Part shown: in pieces, positions 24,722-35,747 of the stretch
Numbering within the stretch: position 1 is the first letter of the stretch
How the letters are laid out: each line of letters begins with the position of its first letter
Assembly (NCBI GenBank): GCA_002633005.1
Contig: NMRA01000075.1
Span: 296,641 to 360,640, forward strand
From: Phoronis australis
Taxonomy: Eukaryota > Animalia > Phoronida
DNA: 64,000 nt
Reading direction: 5' to 3'
Notes under the pieces: generated by a model
Database searches by the model: none
Seen by the model: only the letters and a program-made list of their open reading frames with translations
Told to the model about the DNA's origin: nothing
Position numbers and translations under genes: made by a program

Positions 24722-27312
24722 ATTACACTGCGTGTGTAGACACTGAGTACTGTTTTTCCTGGGTTTTCTTCAATTTTATTCTTATTCTTATTCTTATTAC
24801 TCTGCGTGTGTAAGCGCAGAGTACTGTTGTTCCTGGGTTTTCTTCAATTTTATTCTTCTTATTCTTATTCTTATTCTTATTACTCTGCGCGTGTACATGT
24901 AAGCGCAAAGTACTGTTGTTCCTTGGTTTTCTTCAATTTTATTCTTATTCTTATTCTTCTTCCGACAAACTTTGAGGCTTAATAACTCCAAATTGGGTGC
25001 AGGTACGGTCTTTAAATTCAGCATATGACTTTTGACAGTATATAAATTTTGATTGGTTATATAATCATATTCCATATTGCACCGGAAGAGGTCGTTTGGT
25101 GCAAAGGTCATATAATTTTCAAAATGCTACTCCTCCTTCAGTTTTAAAGCTATCTTTTTCAAATTCGGTGCACAGGTATAAGTCAACATGACAATTTAAA
25201 AAATTACTTTTCTAAGTAATCGGGTCATCCAATCAGGTGAAATAGGTCAAAGGTCATTAGGTGCAAACTAAAATTTTGAGCTAGACACTTCAAATTGACA
25301 GGTCTGATTGCCACAGGTAAATCAAATCGGAATCCAAAGTTTCAGGTCATTTAGTGCAAACATGGGGTCATTAGGTGCATTTTTCTTCTGAAAATTTGAC
25401 CTTTTCAATCAGCAAGTATTCTGATGTGTCAACCGTTAGACAACTGTGATTCTCAGCGTTAAACACATTTTCCATGGGCTTTGCAATAATTCTCCTAAAG
25501 ATGCTTAAAATGCACCGGATAAGGTCAATTAGTGCAAAGGTCATGTAACGTTCAAAATGTTATATCTCTTACGTTTTTCAAGGAATTCTTTTCAATTTCA
25601 GCACACTGGTGTAAGTCAACATGCCAATTGAATACCCTACTTTACTTTGCAATAGGCCTAACCAATCAGAAAAAATAGGTCAAAGGTCATTGAGTGCAAA
25701 CTAAAATTTTGAGCTAGAGACTTCAGAATTACGTATCTGTTTACTAAGTGCGATTGAGTTTGAATTCTAAATTTCCAGGTCATTTGGTGCACCCATGGGG
25801 TCATTAGGTGCATTTTTCTTCTGAAAGTTTGACCACTTCATTCATCTTGTATTCTGAAGTGCTTAAAGTAAAACATCTGTGATTATTAGCATTAACCACA
25901 CTTTTAATCGAGTTAACAATTACTCCCTCATCGGGGCTCATAATGCACCGGAAGAGGTCAATTAGTGGAAAGGTCATCAAAAAATTAATATGTAATTTCT
26001 CCTACGATTTTAAAGAATTCCTTTTCATATTGGTAAACGGGTTGCTGTCAGTAACTTCCCATAATGATTCCAGTAATACGCACGCGCAGAGTCCGTTATT
26101 GTCACGCCGTAACAATTATCTTTCTAGTTCTTCTTATTCTTCTTCCGACCAACTTTGAGGCTTAATAACTCCAAATTGGGTGCAGGTCGCGGTCTTTAAA
26201 TTCAGCATATGACTTTTGACAGTATATAAATTTTGATTGGTTATATAATCATATTCCATATTGCACCGGAAGAGGTCGTTTGGTGCAAAGGTCATAGAAT
26301 TTTCAAAATGCTACTCCTTCTTCAGTTTTAAAGCTATCTTTTTTAAATTCGGTGCAGAGGTATAAGTCAACATGACAATTTAAAAATTACTTTTCTAAGT
26401 AATCGGGTCATCCAATCAAGTGAAATAGGTCAAAGGTCATTAGGTGCAAACTAAAATTTTGAGCTAGACACTTCAAATTGACAGGTCTGATTGCCACAGG
26501 TAAATCAAATCGGAATCCAAAGTTTCAGGTCATTTAGTGCAAACATGGGGTCATTAGGTGCATTTTTCTCCTGAAAATTTGACCTTTTCAATCAGCAAGT
26601 ATTCTGATGTGTCAACCGTTAGACAACTGTGATTCTCAGCGTTAAACACATTTTCCATGGGCTTTGCAATAATTCTCCTAAAGATGCTTAAAATGCACCG
26701 GACAAGGTCAATTAGTGCAAAAGTCATATAACGTTCAAAATGTTATATGTCTTACGTTTTTCAAGGAATTATTTTCAATTTTAGCACACTGGTGTAAGTC
26801 AACATGTCATTTGAATACCCTACTTTACTTTGCAATAGGCCTTACCAATCAGAAAAAATAGGTCAAAGGTCATTGGGTGCAAACTAAAATTTTGAGCTAG
26901 AGACTTCAGAATTACGTATCTGTTTACTAAGTGCGATTGAGTTTGAATTCTAAATTTTCAGGTCATTTGGTGCACCCATGGGGTCAATAGGTGCATTTTT
27001 CTTCTGAAAGTTTGACCACTTCATTCATCTTGTATTCTGAAGTGCTTAAAGTAAAACATCTGTGATTATTAGCATTAACCACACTTTTAATCGAGTTAAC
27101 AATTACTCCCTCATCGGGGCTCATAATGCACCGGAAGAGGTCAATTAGTGGAAAGGTCATCAAAAAATTAATATGTAATTTCTCCTACAATTTTAAAGAA
27201 TTCCTTTTCATATTGGTCAACGGGTTGCTGTCAGTAACTTCCCATAATAATTCCAGTAATACGCACGCGCAGAGTCCGTTATTGTCACGCAGTGACAATA
27301 ATCTTTCTAGTT
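24722..27312 (+). mobile_element. Non-autonomous Helentron-type (HINE/DINE-1-like) element with triplicated 5' end and duplicated body
   Basis: 5' sub-TIR ACTCTGCGCGTG (24882-24893) is inverse to 3' CACGCGCAGAGT (27264-27275); (TTCTTA)n microsatellite; 3' hairpin TTATTGTCAC-gca-GTGACAATAA followed by CTAGTT. Confidence 0.7.
24945..27312 (+). repeat. Near-identical 1183-bp tandem duplication built from ~433-bp diverged subrepeats
   Basis: Same anchors at 24961/26144 and 25943/27126 (offset 1183); TGCACCGGAAGAGGTC-like motif at about 25078, 25511 and 25944. Confidence 0.92.
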
Positions 27313-27438
27313 CAAATTTGTTTTTCATAGATTTTGTGAAGTTCAATAAACTGCAGTATGCGTTCTCATGTGCCAATTTAAAATGCGGCATCGCTTTTAT
27401 TATTATTGATCTTAACTAAATTGAAACAGCCTTCTTGC

Positions 27439-29204
27439 TTAAACTGAAGTTTCTTGGCCAGTGTCAAGCATTTCTCCTCGATCTTCTAAGACGTAATTAG
27501 AGTTATATTTTTTATCAATTGCCTGCTGGTCTAAAATTGACATTCCTGTAATCGGGTCTTTAGGTGCTTTTCTCGCCTTACCGATTTTTGATACCCGTTT
27601 CCTAGCCAGACATGAGAAGATACGCTCTAAGAAAAAACGCGCCTTTCTTGATTTTATTCTCTTTGTCCTTTTGTCAGCTATTTTGTACGGTTTACACTTA
27701 TCCCTGACACGAGGTAAGACCTTAACTAACATCACCACTGTCGTGACTGTTATTATTACGACGACAACAACGAAGGGCACGCTGACGCCACTCGGCTTGT
27801 CTACCTTTTGCGAACCCGAAGATGTCCCTCCCATGTTTTCGGCCAAGCACACAACGTTTACCGTGGATGTCTTAAAATTCATGAAACTAAATGGCGTCTC
27901 CACGATCAAAATGCTTTGGGTGAGCGATAGTCTACGTGTCTCAGCAGGATATTGCCTTTCCTGGCCTTCTGGGCCGAACATAATTGACAGCTTTGGAGCA
28001 GGATCGCCTGTTGACTCACAATATAGGTACAGATAGCCTGCCACTATCTTGGTCGTGACGAACGGCGTCGATGGTTCGTGGCATGTTGCATTGATGTTTA
28101 CCAGGTGCTTATGACTATGATCGTTCGGAGTGGCGCACTTAACTGTGTAGGGATCGACACTACTCCCGTTGAACCGACAGAATGATTTGTTCTGGACTGT
28201 ATTGCCTACAGCACTGGCAATTGCACAGTTGCAATGGACTGGATTCTCTGCCATAGACAGATCTGTCAAGTTTTGGCTTACTAAGGACAGGGGCAATCAT
28301 TGGAGTTTGTTGCTGTGGAGACACGCTGTTTGTACTGTATGTGGATTGAAAGCCCAGTCGTGGATGTCTGTTAGAAAGTTGTTGTTGAGAAGAATAACCC
28401 TCAGAAATCGTAATCCCATGAACGTTTCACGGGCAATTGTTGTGAGCCTGTTGTTGGTCAGATCTAAGTATATAAGTTTGGCAGTTGACAAAAACACCGA
28501 GTAGGATAGAGTATCGATCATATTGGAACCCAGCGAAAGCACTCTGAGTTTCTTTAATCCTTGGAACGAAGTGTCTGAAAACTGCGAAAGGCTATTTCCG
28601 TCTAAGTAGAGCCCACGAAGACGTTTTATGAAGCAAAAGGGAGCACCGTAAGCGTGACGTAATCTATTCTCTCGAAGAGAGAGTATATTCAAACACTTCA
28701 GACCGTAGAAATGGTTGGAATGCAGATTAGAAGTATTAGTATCCGTAGTAAAGGAAAGCAGTTGAAAGAATACGGCTCCATGTGGCTGATGTTGTTATTG
28801 GCAAAGTTAAGAATTTCTAGCCTATTGATACCGAAGAACGTATCTTGCGAAATGTTTGTCAGGAAATTGTTCGACAAATTCAGCCACCTTGCTTGAGTTA
28901 TCGTCGCTGCGTAGTTGAAAGCGCCGTTCTCTATGGTGACAATGCGGCAACTAGTCAAGTCGATTCCAGGTTTATCATACCGTCCATCCTCTGTCTTTGG
29001 CGCAGGAAAACGTTTCATGTATGACGAAGTGACTACGCCAGAGGGCGGGCACGGCGGCTTCTCGCATAAAACATCGCTTTTAAAGGTAAGGACCATGAGC
29101 AAGAAGGTTGTCAGAACACAGGCACTGTCTCTCTTTACAATGCCGCAACACATACAAGAGGCAGATATAGTGATTGCCGAGAGTCTGTGCTTCACAGGAC
29201 GCAT
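27439..29204 (-). pseudogene. Intronless LRR-LRRCT-Ig-TM receptor (LIG-type architecture), disrupted by a frameshift (~28730) and in-frame TGA (28297-28299)
   Basis: Three consecutive ORFs: hydrophobic N-terminus, ~10 LRRs (LxLxxNxL), LRRCT NPVHCNC...KCATP...C, Ig (LYCESTGDPAP...CLAENMGG), TM VPFVVVVVIITVTTVVMLV, basic tail ending ETSV; minus-strand AATAAA at 27396-27401. Confidence 0.85.
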
Positions 29205-29369
29205 GACATATTGTTAGCGTGACGTCATTAATTGTCCAATGTATGATGTAATGACATCCTTTCTCAACAGAAACAGATAAAAAGTTAAATCAAGCACGAT
29301 ACGACAAATGACATCTGACATGTGGCGTAACGAAAATTTTAGATTGTTGGGAAACAAGTAAAGGAAGAT

Positions 29370-30089
29370 ATACACAAAACGTACCGAGAGTGGCATACAT
29401 GAAGTAATATCCCACGAGACATTATTCCTTCGGTCTCGGTCGATACGCGGAATAAAGTCGAGTGGGATATTACTTCATGAACGCCTATCGCATACGCTTC
29501 GAATTTCTAAGTTTCTTACATTTTTTGGTAGATTTTTTAAATACTTCACCCAGACTGTTCACATGGCGGACCACATCCTACATGTATGTTCTTGCGCGTT
29601 AGGATGCAAGTTTTCTCTTGTAAAAAATTTTTTAAAGTAATGACTTATTTCTTGAAAAGAGGTAACAAAAATGAAAACAACGGCAACTGTGCAGTGAACT
29701 TGTAACATCTCCTGGAAATAGTTAAAAAACAACATTTGATATTTGATTTCCAGGAATCGGCGCCTGACTGAGTTGCAGACGATATAGTATTCAGCAATTG
29801 AAAACTAGGAAATGAGTGCCTTATAATTAACAGTTTTGTTACAGATTTTACGTTTAGGGCCTGGTTGCATGTCGAGTGTTAGTTACGCTGCTGCAACTGC
29901 ATTACCGTAAACTATATTTGGAAAGTTTGATGATTGAACCGGCTGAAGACGTCGTGTTGACATTGACCTAGCTTTTGAACTTTCCATGTCAGAGGTCGCT
30001 GTTGAAGTAGTGCGGGAGGTGAATACGGAAAACTTTATTACGTGGCCGTATTTCCCCCGACAGATTCAACGCGCGTGGGATAAATACAC
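29370..30089 (+). mobile_element. Dispersed ~720-bp repeat, copy 1 (putative non-autonomous Crypton-like element)
   Basis: Begins and ends with ATACAC; internal 17-bp perfect inverted repeat at 29399-29478; homologous to 30084-31868, 34783-35095 (-) and 42815-43046 (-). Confidence 0.6.
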
Positions 30090-31868
30090 AAAACGTACCG
30101 AGAGTGGCGTACACGAAGTAATATCCCACGAGACATTATTACGCGTATCGACTTCCCATACGCTTCGAATTCCTAAATTTCTTTCGTTTTTTCCGCAGAT
30201 TTTTTAAATACTTCACTCAGACTGTTCACGTGGCGGATTACATCCTATATTTATGTACTTGCGCGTTTGGCTGCAAGTTTTCTCTAGTAAAAAAAATAGT
30301 TTTAAATGTGACGATTTATTACTTGAAAAGAGATAACAAAGATGAAAACAAGGGTAACTTTTCATTGAACTTGAAAACATCTCCTGAAAATATTTAAATA
30401 ACAACAATAGTTGATACTGTAGTCATTACCAGCAATTCGTAAACTAGGTCATCCGCCAGGTTCTCTGCGTATCATCGCTTATGGACCAGTTAGCGCTTCA
30501 CCCTCCGCGTGTCTACTGGAGACGAAAGACCAGGAAGGTTGTTCTACATTTTGTATCCCAAAGTTCAAATATATTCCGTTAAAAAGGAAAGACAAAACAT
30601 ATTATTACAGATGTCTGACCAATATCATGAGTCAACACTCGTAAGCAAATCAAAGCTTGCCTTATCTCGCACTACCTCAATCGACTAGTTTTCAGTTCGC
30701 AATGGCAACAATACAATTCTCATAAATTCAACTTGTAATGACCCCTTTCAATTTTAAACCATGCCCGAAGTACTCGGAAACAAATTATTGTTAGGTACAA
30801 CGAGGTTTTTTCCTCTGAAGTGGATCGTAAACACCTCAGGTGAGTTTTCCGCACACAGCTCAGTACTTTGGTTTAGAGCTGAATTTTAGCTCCCATACCG
30901 TTATGGACCGGGCCGAGCCGGTCAAGAGCCAATCTTTTTTGTACGCACTACCTAGAGTATTGGTATCAAGCTGTTATATATTGAGAAAGTGTTTATTAGT
31001 ATACTGGTGTGAATATTATGAGTGATTTAACCAAAAACTTCGAATTAACTAGACCCACTAATGATAATCTACATGATGATAAACTGATAGGCAAAAGGCC
31101 AAAATTGGCAATTTTCGGCCACCCCATGTTAAATACAAAATTTTGTCTAATTTTCTTCAAACTTCTACATTTCAATCTTGATTATACTGACATCTGTTGG
31201 GTCTATCGGCAACTAAGCGCACATGAAAGGCTTGGTCGAAAATTATGTTTTCTCACATGCACTTTCGGGTTTTTAGCGGCGATTCCACTGATCGAAGCGA
31301 CAAAGTAAGCCAAAGCTTTGGCCATACCATGTTAAACATAAAAATTTTTCCCAATTTTGCTGAAACTTGGCCACGTTTTTAACGAAATACTTATCTATGT
31401 TATGTGCTATCGGCAAATGTGATTGATTCATAAACAAGACCCTCACGCTGTGTTTTCTGCGAATCCTATGTATCCTGAAGGGGGATAACTGAGTGATTTT
31501 CGCGCATGCGCAGTTCACGGTTTCAATATTGCTGGTAATGTACCGAGGAATCCGCGCCTGAGTTGCAGACGATAAAATATTTAGCAAATGGAAACTGAAA
31601 CAGACCGGTCATATAATTAACAGTCCTGTTCCAGATGTTACGATTGAGACCTGATTGTATGTTGAGCGTTATTTACACTGCTATAACTTTAAACTATTTT
31701 CCGGAAGTTTGGTGATCGAACCGGCTAACGACGTCGAGTCGACATTGACCTACCTTTTGATCTTTCCATGTCAGAGGTCACAGTTGAAGTAGTGCGGGAG
31801 GTGAATACGCAAAAACTTCATTACATGGCCGTATTTCCCTCGATAGATTCAACGCGTATGGGATAAAA
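30084..31868 (+). mobile_element. Same repeat, copy 2, head-to-tail with copy 1 and interrupted by a ~1.1-kb insertion (~30415-31540)
   Basis: Homology to copy 1 over 30084-30410, resuming at 31545-31868. Confidence 0.6.
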
Positions 31869-31871
31869 TTT

Positions 31872-32555
31872 AAGAAGTCTTTATGTTTAATCCGCTGGGT
31901 TCAAGTGTATTAAACTTATCTATCCAAACTCGTTCTCCTTTGAGTGTTTGAGGGGTATGGGGTATTAGACTTTTTCTATTATTGGTACAAAAAGATCATG
32001 CAGATTATGGTTTTTGGAATTCCAATAACTGCCTATTTTAATGTTTTTATGTACTATGTTAAACATGTGATTGAGAAACCGAGTTTGTAAAATATGCTGA
32101 ATTTGTCCTATCTATTGGATGGAGCATTTTTTACAGGTAAATGATATTGGTGTTGCTACAGTCAGAATAATGTTACATGTTATCGGATAAATGATGTTGG
32201 TGTTGGTAAAGTCACAATAATGTTACATGTTATCGGGTAAATGATATTGGTGTTGGTTCAGTAAGAATAATTTTTTATGTTATTAGGTAAATGATATTGG
32301 TGTTGGTACAGTCAGAATAATTTTTTATGTTATTAGGTAAATGATATTGGCGTTGGTACAGTCAGAATAATGTTTTATTTCTAAGTTTTCATTAGTTTGA
32401 GATGACTGGAAGAAAATATTGTCGTACATAAAGTTACACATTTTGCATATAGATTTGTTACATTGAGTGTTGCCAATAGGTTTGGCAGTTTGATTTTTAT
32501 TGTCTATATTTGCTCTAACTAAATATAGTTTTAAACTTTTACATTCTTCCAACAA
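31872..32555 (-). mobile_element. Penelope-like element GIY-YIG endonuclease remnant
   Basis: CNKSICKMC...CTNANIIYLIT / CKKCSIQ*IGQ...TRFLNH / ERVWIDKFNTLEPSGLN. Confidence 0.82.
32136..32375. repeat. 50-bp minisatellite, about 5 copies
   Basis: ATGATATTGG-like anchor at 32141, 32191, 32241, 32291 and 32341. Confidence 0.92.
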
Positions 32556-32584
32556 ATTATAGGTGGATTAAGAAGTAAGATTTA

Positions 32585-34748
32585 AGTCAAAGGGAAGCAT
32601 GCAGAGTGGAAAGATGCTCTCTAAAGACGTGGCCAATTCCGTTTAAACATGGATTGAACATGGTTATGAAAGGAATTTTATTATTACTATTTAGGACTTA
32701 AGTTTTAGGTCTTAAAGATGCATTTCTTGCGATTGAGCGAACTTTGGAATTGACGCTGAAGTTATTAATGCGTGAGTTCTTTTAAGCGGTTAATAAAGGC
32801 AGTACCTTCTGAACAAACGCGTCGAATTCTAAGTACAAGGCTATATGGAAGACGTACTACTTACAGTGAAAGGGATGACACGAATGGTATGACAGATATT
32901 GGTGTTTGTCAGTTTCTTTACAGAAAAATTCCGCTTCTTGCTTGCCATTACAAAGGATGACAGTGGTAACTATTTAATGAGATTTTATTTTAAGAAATAT
33001 CATTAGTGAAGTTTATAGTAGGGTTAAGGTGGCACTGAACAGTTAGACTGCGGCCGCGGTCAATTTGCACTCCCAAAATGTTAAAATCTTGGGGTAGGCC
33101 AAGCTTGGGGGCATTTTTTAGATATAGGTATTGTATGTAGGCCAAGTGAATTTGGTTTGTTTGTATTTGTGAACATGCTGAGAATTAAAAAATGCCACTT
33201 TCTTGGCTGTAGTTGCACTCTTCTTCAAGATGATGGCCCCCAGTTGCAGTTGTGCATTGCTGTGTAGCAACTGAGAAATTGGCCGCGATTTCAGGTAGCA
33301 CTCAAACAAGCCAGATTTGCAAAAAACTAGTTGGTTGACAGTACTTTTGGACCACATTTTTGGAATCGATAGGAAATTTGATTTCGAAATCTAATGTTGA
33401 CTTTAGTCGAGCATCGGCAGGGAAGTGGTGGTTTTGGGGTTTAAAAGTGCCGATTTTGCATTCTTTTGTCCTTATTTTTCTTAGTCTAGCTTGGTTTCCA
33501 CTGGGAGTGAAAGGGTCAAAAATACAAGAGAGAACAAAGTTTCTGTGCTCATCTGTAGGGCTTGTGATGTGAAATGACTCAAAAACTTTTCTTTATTTGC
33601 ATACAGTTTTTGACAGAGTGAAGAAAGGGTGAAGAGTCTATTGACGTGTGTTCTGGTAGGCAAATCCCTGTTAGAACTGTTCAGTGCCTCCTAAGTAAGT
33701 TAATAGCAGGCGACCAGCTGGAGCGCCGCCTAAGGGCTATACGTCAAATAACAACTGGTCACGTGACCACATAGGTGTAGATGAAAATTTTTGTTGTCAG
33801 TACGCAAAATGGCGGCGACCTCAAGGAAACCTCCTTTACAATATTGCATAGTTAACAAAGATATTACATATGCTTCCAAAATTCCTCGAGTAGGGAGGAA
33901 CGTGGCCGAGCAGGGGCGGTAAAAATAAATCATCCCTTGTGACAGTGGGCATGTAGAACGTCTCAAAGCTATGCACCGACCCCTCTGCGGCAGTTTATCG
34001 CAAAATTCAAACATGACTTTTGTACAATTGTCACCATTAGTAACCTTATACTGAGCGGATTGAAAAACTGGCTGTCAGACAGTGGAAAATTCTCGCTTCG
34101 ATTTTGTCTTTCGAATTTTCAGTCACATCATCAGAACTTTATCGTCGGCAGTCACTGAAACATTCGCATGCATTGGTTTGCGTTAAGAAACAATCTAATC
34201 AGATTCCGTACGAGTCGTTTTTTGTAAAAATGACCAGCATGTTCAGCATAACGAGATAGCCAACTCCTGTTGTCATCGCGGGTACAGTAAAGTAACAAAA
34301 CAGCGTAACACACAGTCCAGTCTGCTGCCTGTTAACAACGATATGACCATCGACACGTGGTTATTAGATGTTTGTTGTTCAATTTTAATTTTATGCAGAC
34401 ACTCGCTTTGCGACTTCTGACCCTTGAAAACATGTCGTGTAGAGGCGACCAAGCATAGAGACTTAACGCAATAAATTCGATGTATTTGTTCAGAAGAAAC
34501 TGCAGCCTTTGATAACCGTTTAAAAGAACTCGGACATTACTTACTTCAGTGACAATTCCCCTTGCATCTTATATGCAAACAGTTTAAGAAAGTTCGCTCA
34601 ATCACACGAGATGAATCTTTAAGAGCTAAAATATAAAAGCCCTCAAAACTAATAATAAAATAACTTTCGTAATCATGTTCAATGCATGATTAAACGGAAT
34701 TGGCCATGTTTTTAGAGAACATCCTTCCACTCTGCGCATTTTCTTTAA
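32585..34748. mobile_element. Non-autonomous DNA transposon with ~250-bp diverged TIRs
   Basis: 32590-32830 is the reverse complement of 34475-34745 (e.g. GGCCAATTCCGTTTAA / TTAAACGGAATTGGCC); right end CT-TTAA. Confidence 0.7.
33028..33691. mobile_element. Nested TTAA-targeting (Kolobok-like) MITE
   Basis: TTAA-GGTGGCACTGAACAGTT...AACTGTTCAGTGCCTCC-TAA. Confidence 0.68.
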
Positions 34749-34782
34749 ATAAAGAACTTAGTGTTATTTATACTGCTGCATA

Positions 34783-35747
34783 TTTATCCCATACGCGTTG
34801 ACTCTGTCGAGGGAAATACGGCCATGTAATAATGTTTTCCGTATTCACCTCCCGCACTACTTTTAACAGTGCCCTCTACTCAAAAGTGGAAAGTACATGT
34901 ACAAAATTAGGTCAATGTAGACTTGGACATCGGTAACCAGCTCTATCATAAGTTTCACAAATTAGTGTCAAGTAATGAGACTGCAGCAGTATAAACAACA
35001 CTCAACATGCACTCAGGTCCCAAATATAACTGTTAATTATATGACACTTTTGTCTCCGTTTTATTTGCTGAAATACAGCGTCTGCAACTCAGACACTGTA
35101 ACTACGGAAGCCCGGCGACCGTACACAAAATAATAAGCTTTAATCTTGGAATGTTCAATTTAAAATACGAGGATCCAGAAATTCAGGAGTTGGTTGAATT
35201 AGCAGAACAGGAGGTGCAACAGGAAAAGCAAAACGAGAAACTCAAAGTGATGGCTAGTAAAGCACAAGATTTCATCAACGGAAACTTAAACACTGTCAAG
35301 AAAACTGTAAGTGCAACCATGGTGCAACCAAGAGATTTGCTGCTTGGCTATTTGATACACACAATGAAAACAGAAAGTTGCTAGACACATCCCCGAAAGA
35401 GCTACACCCTCGTAGTGGGCTTTCTAATGGCATTGGCAAAGTCCGATGGATCGTCATATATGAGCCGGTCCGGGACATTTTAACATCATTTAAAAGGCCA
35501 TTGGCCTACACCTGAATGAAATAGGCTACCCAGTTACTATAGTAGACAATCCTACCATATTTCGACTTTCCAAAAACGTGCTTTTTGCTCGTCGGCAGGA
35601 CTTGAAACAACAGGGAAACGGCAATCGAAAAAACAGGACAGAATTACTGACAGATGGCATTGTTGAAGTAGTGCTGTAGGGGAATACGAAAAACAATATC
35701 GCATGACCGTATTGCACTCGACTGACTCAACCCGTGTGGGATAAAAT
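34783..35747 (+). mobile_element. Crypton-like (DUF3504-type tyrosine recombinase) remnant; N-terminal coding fragment at 35151-35470
   Basis: DFINGNLNTVKKT...LLGYL, then frameshifted NENRKLLDTSPKELHP / GFLMALAKSDGSSY-EP, resembling the K-x-DG-x-x-YEP motif of Crypton/ZMYM/KCTD1 proteins; bracketed by inverted copies of the repeat end TTTATCCCA..GTTGA. Confidence 0.62.

Noticed and set aside
25943-27419. Duplicated ORFs MHRKRSISGKV... as a gene pair
   Set aside because: They are incidental ORFs within the 1183-bp repeat units, with no domain features or splice structure.
28297-28299. In-frame TGA in the LRR gene as selenocysteine or programmed read-through
   Set aside because: It falls at a variable non-Cys LRR position, no SECIS-like hairpin is evident in the short 3' region, and an independent upstream frameshift already breaks the gene.
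29220-29227. Perfect CRE (TGACGTCA) just upstream of the LRR gene; another in a 16-bp palindrome near 36505-36520
   Set aside because: An 8-mer is expected about once by chance in 64 kb, and the first is too close to the ATG to be clearly promoter; no supporting evidence.
32136-32375. Regularly spaced repeats as a CRISPR array
   Set aside because: The units are contiguous 50-bp tandem copies without unique spacers, the context is eukaryotic, and there are no cas genes.
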